Positions 26,292-35,476 of a stretch of 64,000 bases of DNA are shown here, piece after piece. The notes under the pieces are model-generated. The model had not been told where the DNA came from, made no database searches, and saw only the letters and a program-made list of their open reading frames with translations. A program made the translations under genes and the position numbers. Position 1 is the first letter of the stretch, and the number at the start of each line of letters is the position of its first letter. Origin of the DNA: Hyphochytrium catenoides (lineage: Eukaryota > Protista > Hyphochytriomycota); NCBI GenBank assembly GCA_900088475.1, contig FLMG01000516.1, positions 62,001 to 126,000 of the forward strand, in the 5' to 3' direction.

Positions 26292-27761
26292 ATGGCAAAA
26301 ACAAGCACCCGTCGGGCACCATCTCAATATTCCTCTCCTCTTTTACAGCCGGAATGCAACCGTGTGGTGAACTCAATGGTCCGATGTCTTCACCATGCTT
26401 GCGAGGACAGCAGCAGTGGCGCAGCAAGAACTTATTATGGCATCACGACGTCATTCCAATCAGTGGAGATCTCTAACAGTCATCGTCGTGGTAATGGACT
26501 CAGCGCTGACACTGATCTTCTGCCGGACAGCTACAGCGATGTCGCAGAAGAGATGCCGCAAGGAAAGGTCCTGGTCACTGGCGGCGCAGGGTACATCGGC
26601 AGCCACGTCGCATTAGAGCTACTTGAAGCCGGCTACTCTGTTACGATTGTTGACAACTTAAGCAACTCAAATATTGAGTGCATCCACAGGCTGCATGAGC
26701 TTAGTGGGTGCTCGAAGGATCAACTTTCCTTCCATGAGGCGGATGTCAGAGATCAGGAGAAATTGGACGAAATTTTCTCCACTGAAGGTCCGATCGACCA
26801 CGTCATACATTGCGCAGGGCTCAAGTCTGTGGCAGAGTCCATCAAGAGCCCCGAGTTGTACGCTGACGTCAACGTCCGAGGAACGCAGGTGCTTCTAGAG
26901 GCCATGCATCGTCACCACTGCAGCAGCATCATCTTCTCTTCTTCTGCCACCGTTTACGGTGTTGGAGCTTGCCCCTACAGAGAAATATCAGCTGTTGGGA
27001 ATGGCATTGCGCATCCGTACGGAGAAACAAAGCTTGCGGCTGAACAACTCCTTGAGCAGCATTCAAAGTCTCCGAAAGGCATTGGGTGGAGCATTGTCGT
27101 GCTGAGATATTTCAACCCAGTCGGCGCTCATCCGAGTGGTAGGATTGGCGAGGATCCTTTGGGGACACCAAACAACTTGATGCCGTACATGACGCAGGTG
27201 CTGGTTGGAAGGCGTCCTATGTTGACTATCTTTGGCAGTGACTTTGATACACCTGATGGGACCTGTGTGCGGGACTTCATCCACGTGGTAGACCTGGCCA
27301 AAGGGCATGTAGCTGCTTTGAAAAAGGTGGAGAAGGATGGACACTCACGGACGCAAACCAAGCCGCATAGGGGTAGTCTCTCGGTGTATAATCTAGGAAG
27401 AGGAGAGGGAGTATCAGTCAAGCAGATGGTACAGGCGATGGAGCGGGCCACGGGCCTTGCATTAAAACACAAGGTTGGACCCAGAAGAGATGGAGATTCT
27501 CCTGAGGCCTGGGCCAATGTTGAGCTTGCCAATAAGGAGCTCAACTGGAAGGCCACGCTGTCCCTGGAGGAGATATGCAGAGATGCTTGGAACTGGCAAC
27601 ACAAGAACCCTTCTGGCTATCGTCAAGCAAAGAGTAAAATGCAGCTCCTCCAGAATAGTCCTGAGGAGGAAGCGACGGAGGATGGCGACGCCATCCTCAT
27701 CAAAGAAGGTATGCAGGATGCAAGGAACTGGCAAACATGGAGACCCCTTCCGGCTAGTTGA
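26292..27761 (+). CDS. galE: UDP-glucose 4-epimerase, intronless (conserved core starts at ATG 26553; upstream in-frame ATG at 26292)
   Basis: VLVTGGAGYIGSH, DNLSNS, HCAGLKSVAES, FSSSATVYG, catalytic PYGETK, LRYFNPVGAH, PNNLMPY, DGTCVRDFIHV. Confidence 0.97.
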   Translation: MAKTSTRRAPSQYSSPLLQPECNRVVNSMVRCLHHACEDSSSGAARTYYGITTSFQSVEISNSHRRGNGLSADTDLLPDSYSDVAEEMPQGKVLVTGGAGYIGSHVALELLEAGYSVTIVDNLSNSNIECIHRLHELSGCSKDQLSFHEADVRDQEKLDEIFSTEGPIDHVIHCAGLKSVAESIKSPELYADVNVRGTQVLLEAMHRHHCSSIIFSSSATVYGVGACPYREISAVGNGIAHPYGETKLAAEQLLEQHSKSPKGIGWSIVVLRYFNPVGAHPSGRIGEDPLGTPNNLMPYMTQVLVGRRPMLTIFGSDFDTPDGTCVRDFIHVVDLAKGHVAALKKVEKDGHSRTQTKPHRGSLSVYNLGRGEGVSVKQMVQAMERATGLALKHKVGPRRDGDSPEAWANVELANKELNWKATLSLEEICRDAWNWQHKNPSGYRQAKSKMQLLQNSPEEEATEDGDAILIKEGMQDARNWQTWRPLPAS

Positions 27762-28412
27762 GCAAAGATAAATGTGCAGTATATTAGAGAAAAAAAGCGG
27801 GATAACCATTGTATGATATGTAATAACTAGCTCTCTCTTCTGGCGCTCAACTCTCCTTTCGCGCTCCATTCATCAACCCCCTGCATACCGGTCGCTATTA
27901 GGATGTGAGTTCTTGGTGTACATTGTTCCTTACTCAAACTAAACCTAATAGATATGAACCCATCATGTTCATCAGTAAGGCAATCGTCGTCACATATAGT
28001 AGTACTTTCGAGCCACCTGTAGACGGCGGATGCCTGGTGAGACGCGACGGAGATCTTACCGTACGATGCTTAAGGTTGTGAGAATCCCTGCTAAATGGAC
28101 GGGCAGCGGTTATTGTTAGCTTATCGCTAATTAGCCATGATGATGCGCTATCGCCATGGTCGTAGCGATGCTACATCTTTCTTCCTCTTCTGGGCGATGC
28201 TGGCTGCTAATATCAGTGAAGCTCATCATCAAGAAAGCTTTATGATACTGAAGCTCATTAAGGTTAGTAGCGAGTATTTCCTAGTTGACTACTGTTTGAA
28301 GAGCACGAAGAGTGCAAATATGTACCACGAAGACTAAAATAAGAAACAAGAAAGAACTATAGTAGGCCAAAAAAAAAAGAAGAGCAAAGCAGCAAGGACT
28401 TCACCCGGCCCT

Positions 28413-29780
28413 CTATGACCAGGCATTGACGGGGAGCGACTGTGGGGCCACCAATCGCGAGGAGGCGGGGAGCTCGTCCTCCTCTCCGATGATGCGAGAG
28501 AGGAAAAAGTGTAGATCCTCCTCATGACCAATAACCACCAGGATATTGTCAGGCGCTGGAGCTGGAGCGGCGGCAGGGGCGGGAGAAGAAGCAGAAAGGA
28601 GAGGAGAAGAGAGCAGAGAAGAAGAAGGGTGAAAGGCGGCAAGGAAGGGCGCTGAAAGTCGTAATCTGGTAACTATCATACGGGCGGCCTCCTCATGTAA
28701 AGCCAAAGAAACTTGTCTGATTAAGCGATGACGATAGAAGTGTACATCGCGTTCCAGAGCAACGGTTTGGTCAGCCTGGACAGCACAAATAGTATTGACA
28801 AACGCCGCAACGGAGGCAGAGCCCCCACCAAAGGACTCCAAAAATAGAGGGAGGAAGTCGATCTGGTGGGCATGGCAAGCGGCCTGGTACTTGTGGCGCT
28901 TATGGTCCTCAACCGCAGCCATCTGATATCCAGACCGTTCCGCTGCATAACGAAGGGTAACAGAGACATCAAAGGCTGTGACTGGGAACCGATTACTATA
29001 TTCAGGGACCGTCAGGTCACCAGGGCGGGAGAAGGGAGAGCGAGAGAGCGAGTGGAGCGGCTCACGTGAGCAGGAGTATCCGGCGTCCGACACTGCAGAA
29101 CACAAAAGGGAGAGAACACTGATATGACAGCGGGAGGGGCCACCCGTGCGACAGACCATCGCATGGTCGCCGTAGACATCCATTTCGGCTCTTCGGCAAC
29201 TCTCGCAGACCGAAGGGCCCTGTAGAAAAGGAAGACCAAGGATGGGCCGAAGCATAGCCCGAAATAAACAGGCGACTGAGCCTTATGCAGCAGCGTCCCA
29301 GAGGGAGAAGCGGCAAGGGAAGCCCCAGCATGAGGGAGAGAAACAGAATGAAGACGAGCCCGAGGAAGTAGGAGAGGGAAAAGAAAGAGGAAAACGGAGA
29401 TGAGCGCACTTCAAGAGACGGAAACAAAACTGATGCTGTATTTTCCTTGACGCCAACCAGCTGAAGGAAGCCATGGCCTCCTCTGACTGCTCCGGCAACT
29501 CCATGGCATCGTAAAGGGAACGAAGAGAGCACTCATCCGCCGCAGGGGTCCTGCAGCGTGATCGGAAGGCAAGCCTACTAAGAGTGCAGACACAAGTTCA
29601 TAGGAAGAGAGCGCTAGAGCACCAAGGAAAGCAGGACGACAGATAGCGGAAGCAGGCAGGAGACCCAGACCGCCAAGCTTGATGGGAAGAGAAGCCTGTT
29701 CCATGCTGCCTGCGGAACCAGGAAAGGGAACCGAGAGTCCCAACCCACAAGACGACTAAACAACCGCTCCAGGAAGTTGA
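28413..29780 (-). mobile_element. Degenerate 3' half of a CRE-like non-LTR retrotransposon (end of RT region, CCHC knuckle, restriction-like endonuclease)
   Basis: QASLPIKLGGLGL...AFLGAL; ARLHSVSLPHAGASL; CESC...DVYGDHAMVC; REP...RPGDL...AFDVSV...KRHKY...FLPLFLESFGG...QVSLALH. Frameshifts separate the blocks. Confidence 0.88.
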
Positions 29781-30400
29781 CCCAGGACCACGCTCTCAAT
29801 GGCAATGTGTGCAGGCTGGGGCACTCTATTCTATGAAACACCATCTCTGCATTACTGGTTGCAAGAGGACAGAGATCCGTCTGTAGGACGAGAGATAGAG
29901 GAAGACCCGTATTCCCACACCTGTCAGAAATGATGGCCCTTAGCCATTCTTCCCAGAGGACTCGGCGTAGAGGGCGACTTTCCTCCTGTGCGCACGCTCG
30001 GCGACGTATCCTCCTGTCTGAGCCGCTGCTGCATGGAGTAATGTGTTGGATTGCAGTGAGTCGGAGACGACAGTAACGTCAAGGAGCGTCGTGCAGACTT
30101 TCTGATATGCTCAAAGCCCTCAATAAATGATGGCCAGGTCACCTGGGCGATGATGACCATTGGGCAGTACCCTGTCGGGAGGTTCAGCCCTGGGTTCAGC
30201 TCTATCCCAAAAGTCCCGCCGGACGAGCAGGGCCAAGGAGAAGATCCCGCAAGCCATCATGACGTAGTTCTACATCGATGAGCCAAGAGGCAGACCATCG
30301 CGTTGCGGTCCGTGGTCCCCAAAAAGCCCATCGAAGTCCTCATGGCCCATGGTACCACCTGCGCTGCTCAGCGCATCAAGGATCGGCCAGGTATCTTCGA
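29780..30400 (-). mobile_element. Second CRE-like relic (endonuclease/3' end, different subfamily)
   Basis: Minus-strand translation gives FGDH, LRHDGLRDLLLG, AEPPDRVLPNGHHRPGDLAI, DVT and RISVLLQ, with stops and frameshifts. Confidence 0.82.
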
Positions 30401-30443
30401 AGCTTGAGGCGGTACAGATACTGTACTGTTATGTATGACGGTT

Positions 30444-30950
30444 CGTCATGATGGCTTACGGGACCTTCTCCTAGGCCTTGCTCGTTCGGCAGGACTTTTG
30501 GCCAGAGCCGAACCTCCCGACAGGGTCTTACCTAATGGTCATCGCCCGGGTGCCCTGGCCATTTTTTGAGCCTCAGAGAGTGTGCACGCTTTTTGACGTT
30601 ACTGCCTCCGACTCGCTGCAACTCAACACCCTACCTCATGCAGCGGCTCCGGCAGGGCGCATAGCAGGAAAGTTGCCCTTTACGCCGAGGATTGTGAGGA
30701 TCAAGGCTATGGTTTCCGGCCCTTCTTAGCGTGGGCGTCCTTTGGCGGAGCAACGGAGACAGTTCCTTCGACCCTGATGAAAGAATGGCTTCGGGGCCAT
30801 CTCTGACAGTTGTGGGAGTGTGAGTCTTCCTCTTTCATCTCTCATTGCCACTGCCTACAGCCGCATATCTGTCCTATTACAGCGTTGTAATGCAGATGCT
30901 CTTCCATCGCATGCCGCCGACCTGCGCACATTGAGAACGCGGTCCTGAGT
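30444..30950 (+). mobile_element. Third CRE-like relic, an inverted sibling of 29780-30264
   Basis: RHDGLRDLLLGLARSAGLLARAEPPDRVLPNGHRPG, FDVTASDSLQ, DQGYGFRPF, YSRISVLLQRCNA. 30444-30501 is the reverse complement of 30207-30264 at 52/58 nt. Confidence 0.85.
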
Positions 30951-31545
30951 CGGTGGTAAGTAAGTACGGTAGTTTAAGTTACCTGCACAAAGTCTAGCAG
31001 TAGTTACAAGTCCTCCAATTATTACTTGGGTTTCCCCAACTAATAAATCAATAAATAAAAGTACTGTAGATACTGTGCGAGCATGGCGAACTCGTTCTGT
31101 ACAAACTAATAAAAAAGCGTGGAAGAGCCAGATCGTACTCGTACGCACATTGAGCGGTTGTTCCTGTAGTAATGTGCGATACGGAAGTACCGCTCAGGGA
31201 TTTCAATAGCTAATTATATAATACACGCACTTTTCATCCGCTCGTTCATTCGTACCCTCATTACTCCGAGGGATTATCTTATGACATCCAAGGTGGGGAG
31301 TTAGATGCAACACAAAGTGTGCGGTAAAGCAGCAGTGTGTCAAGACCTCCCATTCAAAGATAGTGTATTCCAGCTCACTCAGACGTGAAGAGTTAGGAGA
31401 TAGGTGCGTTAATCGAGCGCCCAATGACAGGGAATCTGTGAGCGCACAAATCTACCTCACCCAGCAAAACCATTAGATAACTGCGTCCGGACGCACCGAG
31501 TTGACGCACATTCCTCGGGCGAACTGGACTGCCACTCGCACATTC
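30925..31545. promoter_or_regulatory. Cluster of CGCAC(ATT) motifs upstream of the GT31 gene
   Basis: CGCACATT at 30925, 31144, 31171(-), 31505 and 31537, plus further CGCAC cores. Regulatory role is inferred. Confidence 0.4.
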
Positions 31546-32151
31546 CTGTCCTCAAACCGTTGTCCTACTGTAGGAATCGTGAAATGCCCAGGGCATAATT
31601 GGCCTCAATCCCCTCCTCCTCCTCTCTCTGGACTTCTTCCATATAAAGCTCCCCTGGCCCAACCCACGCGGTTGTATCTCGGAAGGAATCAGTTGAGGAT
31701 GATAATTGATGAGTGCGCGCTGTCCGCCTACCACCGGCCCGCCCCGCCCGGCATCACATGTCAACCGTCGCTCGCCTTGTCCTGGTGCTTGCGGTCATCC
31801 AACCTCATCTTCCCTAGGTCCTCTGCGCCGTGGAAGAGCTGCTCCCTCAGTCTTTGTGCATTCTGTGTCGCGCGGCCTTACAGAGAGGGCTATGAGGAGC
31901 AAACATTGAGGAGGGAGCGGCATTTCGACAATTATCCGCTGTTGCACCAGGACGAAGTTGGAAAGCTCTGTTCGCTGCCGATAGACGGGGAAACTAACAC
32001 AGTCGAGGACCGACAAGCATCAGACAGGCCTCACGGCTGGATGCTTCGGAAGGGCACCTCTGCTGGATTCATCACCTTCTCAGTGTCGTCGGCAGATAGC
32101 AGAGGGACCACGGCTCTCTAAGCATTATCCCAGCCTGACGGCGCCAGCCCG

Positions 32152-33426
32152 ATGACGTCGTACAGCGACAGCCACGGCACCAGACCAAAGGGCCAAGAGT
32201 ACAACGATGAGGAGGAGGACAGCCAGAAGGAGACAGTCAATCTACTACCAAATTTTATCGATGGGAACGGACCACTATCTTGTTTCTCCCTTGGCTGCTT
32301 ATATAGTTGTTGGTGGATAAAAGGCTCAATTCAGAACTTGCACAGGCGAAAAGACTGCTCAGGAGTTTGTAAGTTTACTGCCTGTATGGCCAATTCCTTC
32401 TTTGCCAGGGCGCTTCTGGTTGCGTCATGCATAGTCCTGCTGGCCATGGCCCTCTTTTCGGCGACGGTAGTTTTTTCTGGTGAAGCAGAACCTCGATCAT
32501 TTTTTTCTATCGGGAGAGAGAGGAGCAGGGAGTGCCAAGTGGATAAAAATGATATGACTGGAATGGCCCTAGACGTGATTAGCCTGTGGAAGAAGGCGGA
32601 GAAAGGGAAGCCTCGTATTCTCTGCCTTGTCTTCGCGACGAATAAGGAGAATCATGCTCGAGCGAGGATGGTCAAAGAAACATGGGGTGCAGACTGCGAC
32701 CGTCTTCTCATCATCTCAAACGAAGATGATCCTTCTTTGCCCACCGTCAAGACGCAGCAGTCAGTTCCAGACACCTATAAAAACCTTCACCATAAGGTCA
32801 TCTGGGCCTTTCACTATGCCTGGCAAAATTATCGAGAAGAGTTTGACTGGATCTACAAGGCGGATGATGACACTTACGTTGTCATCGATAACCTTAGGCA
32901 GCTCCTTCTGTCCCCGCGGTATTCGCAGTTGCCATCTACACCTAGGTACACTGGTCGGCGATTTGCTTATTTTGGCTCCTCGCCTATCTACACCTCAGGA
33001 GGTTCTGGGTACGTGTTGAACAAAGCGGCACTTCAGAAGCTAGTTGAAGAGGGCTTCCCTTCGCCCTCTGAAATAGAGACTAAAGGACTCTGTAAGCTGA
33101 AGGACAACTGGCCCTATAAGCCCTCCGACTATCCAGAGGATGTGATGGTTGGCTGGTGTCTGAATAAGCAGACGATATACCCGGAGGATGCAAGAGACGA
33201 GAATATGCGCGAGCGCTTCCACTGGTCGAATCCTGCTGCACATTACGCGATGAGCTATAATGGTGACGATTGGCATGTGCAGTTCACAAAGCCTTTCGGT
33301 ATCTACCACACTACTGGCCAAGATTACTTCTCTAACTCTACCATTAGCTTCCACTACGTGTCAGACCCACAGCTCATGCAAAGAATCCACAAGCAGCTCA
33401 CGCGCTGCAATCGTGAGAAAAACTGA
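32152..33426 (+). CDS. GT31 beta-1,3-galactosyltransferase, core-1 synthase (C1GALT1)-like type II membrane protein, intronless
   Basis: TM anchor, then RILCLV, VKETWGADCD, FDWIYKADDDTYVVIDNLR, YTGRRF, SGGSGYVLNKAAL, EDVMVGWCL, RERFH, ISFHYV. Confidence 0.94.
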   Translation: MTSYSDSHGTRPKGQEYNDEEEDSQKETVNLLPNFIDGNGPLSCFSLGCLYSCWWIKGSIQNLHRRKDCSGVCKFTACMANSFFARALLVASCIVLLAMALFSATVVFSGEAEPRSFFSIGRERSRECQVDKNDMTGMALDVISLWKKAEKGKPRILCLVFATNKENHARARMVKETWGADCDRLLIISNEDDPSLPTVKTQQSVPDTYKNLHHKVIWAFHYAWQNYREEFDWIYKADDDTYVVIDNLRQLLLSPRYSQLPSTPRYTGRRFAYFGSSPIYTSGGSGYVLNKAALQKLVEEGFPSPSEIETKGLCKLKDNWPYKPSDYPEDVMVGWCLNKQTIYPEDARDENMRERFHWSNPAAHYAMSYNGDDWHVQFTKPFGIYHTTGQDYFSNSTISFHYVSDPQLMQRIHKQLTRCNREKN

Positions 33427-34068
33427 TCGTGATAATAGCACGCGCATTAAATAACTAAGCTCGACGCCACTCGCACTTCTATAGGAAAGGCACTTTGTTT
33501 CTTCCGCGCCAGTGTTCATTCTACTTCTACCCTTCCTCATATCCCAGGGTCTCGTCTCACTTCCCTCGCTTTTTTCCTATCGTGCGTGGACCTCCGTCTA
33601 CACGGACAAGGCGGGACTCCATAAGCAAACTGCCTTCTTAGTAGAACATATCACTGTGCCATGTCCGGCACGAGCAGGAAACAACGATGAAAGGCACGCT
33701 CAGACGGAAGCAGCACGGACTAAAGAAACTAATAAAGCGGCAACATTGGTTTGTCCATTCCTCGTTTCAAGAAGGATGACATCTTAAGCTGCTTCCAGAG
33801 GTTCGTCTCGTGTTGTTGTCATGATAAGGATCCGAAGAGATGTAGGTGGTGGTATGAAGGACTGTCGAAAGGACAAAGAAGAAGAGCACCTTAGAATCCT
33901 TCTCTAGGGCATGATGAAGGGATCCAACACGGGGTGGCTAAGCTCCTCTTCGCCTGAATGATCTGTTCGACGACCACGGTTAGGAGGTATAAGATGCGCG
34001 TAGACCTAGAGAGGCTAAAGGACGGGGAAGGGTCGGGAGGAGCGCAGCTGAACAGACTTGGCCCTTAA

Positions 34069-34118
34069 TAGACAATAAGGCGTACCGCCTTGTTAGACAA
34101 TAAGGCGTACCGCCCTGT
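34069..34118. repeat. 25-bp tandem duplication
   Basis: tagacaataaggcgtaccgccttgt followed by tagacaataaggcgtaccgccctgt. Confidence 0.9.
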
Positions 34119-34199
34119 CCAACACCAATCTACTACTCTACAGCTCATTCCTTTCTCTGCTACAAATGATGGTTCATGTCTCAGGGCTGGAGGAGGGAA

Positions 34200-34880
34200 G
34201 ATCTAAGAAAAATATAGGCATCCTGGGAGGCGATGTCCATGAGGGAGGATAGAGGAGGGCCATATGGAAGGAAGAAAGGAGAGGATTAGAGCCCTCAGAA
34301 GGAGGAGGTCATCAGGAGAGCAGCCCGGCAGAGGTAACAAAAAGGAGAAAATGCGGAAGGGCAAGGGTTTTGTAGAGCTCGACGCTCTCACCGCTAGGGA
34401 AAGCTCCAGGGCTAGGGCCTGAGTGAGAGATAGATATCCAGCACAGTGAACTCTTAGAGAGACCGCGGCCTTGTGCTGCGCCCATTAACGGCGTGGAAGA
34501 CAGGCTCCGCCAACTGTCGCAACGTGGAGAGAGTTGACGGCCACGAGGGTATCTCAGAATGAGAGAAGGACAGGCCCAGAAGCTCAGAGCTGGGGTTAGT
34601 CTGCAAAAATGCTGACAAAGATCAAATCCCGACCCACAGGAAGTGGCTCAACAAGAAGCTCCAGCTCGCGACGGCGGCACTAACAATCTCAGGGATGGCT
34701 ATCGAATAGTAGTCTAGGAGCATGAACGCTCTACGGGTCTCTAAAAGATCGCTCCCGTTGAAAAATAAACCGTTACGTAGAGGACAATAGACGGGGTAAT
34801 ATCAAAGAAAGAAGAACACTTTGCCGGATCAGCGGATGCAAGAAAGTGCAAGGCTAAACCCACGACTCAAAGGCTTATAT
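34200..34880 (-). mobile_element. Possible highly decayed fourth CRE-like fragment (RT-to-endonuclease linker)
   Basis: Weak motifs in collinear order across frames (PLSRGF, FLAS, AAVASWSFL, AQHK, SILPHG) parallel LPIKLGGL, AFLGA, EAMASFSWL, IQHQ and SLPHAG in the 28.4-29.8 kb element. Confidence 0.35.
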
Positions 34881-35476
34881 ATTCTTAGTTACCACCCAAG
34901 GTCGCTGCTGCATGAGTTAAGATTGAAAGTCTGACCATACATTTATCTTCTGATAAGCAACGTAATCCTCAACCCAAGAAGGGACGCAGATAAGCAATGA
35001 CTGTATCTGTGAGATGAGGCTGGCGGAGGGAACGAGAAGATGGTCGCCTAGGCCATGCAGAAAGCTGATTAACGGACAGAGAAGAAAGAGAAAAGGCAGC
35101 TGCTGACGAGTAAAGAGAGTCGGCTGACATTACAACGTGCAGGATTAGCATTGAGTCTATACCAAGGGCATGTGATTACGCAGAAGATGGCCGATGGCTT
35201 CGGTGAAGAGCATTGACAGACTGATGCACTTAACTGAATGAGCGACCCCATTCGCCCCCTTGATATCCCATCGTTCAGGCGTAGTAAGTGTGGAACTAAT
35301 CAGGTTCGCTGGGATTGTATGTCCATGTGGATGGAGCTTCCGAGGGCTCGGAAAAGAGCAATTGGGTTGCAGACCAGCCGCAGTGAAGTGCTATGCAAGT
35401 GTTCCGCTGCCGCTTCTCTTTATAGGGCTTGATCCAAGCGACTGCTCACAATGCATACCTCTTCGTCCTACTCTTC

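Noticed and set aside
28369-28378. A-run as the poly(A) tail of the CRE relic
   Set aside because: Wrong strand: it reads poly(T) on the element's coding strand.
31485-31530. HDV-ribozyme-like 3' half (ccgag/ctcgg P4, GCGAA, ctggac pairing with gtccgg)
   Set aside because: No convincing P3/L3/P1 can be placed upstream, so the topology is incomplete.
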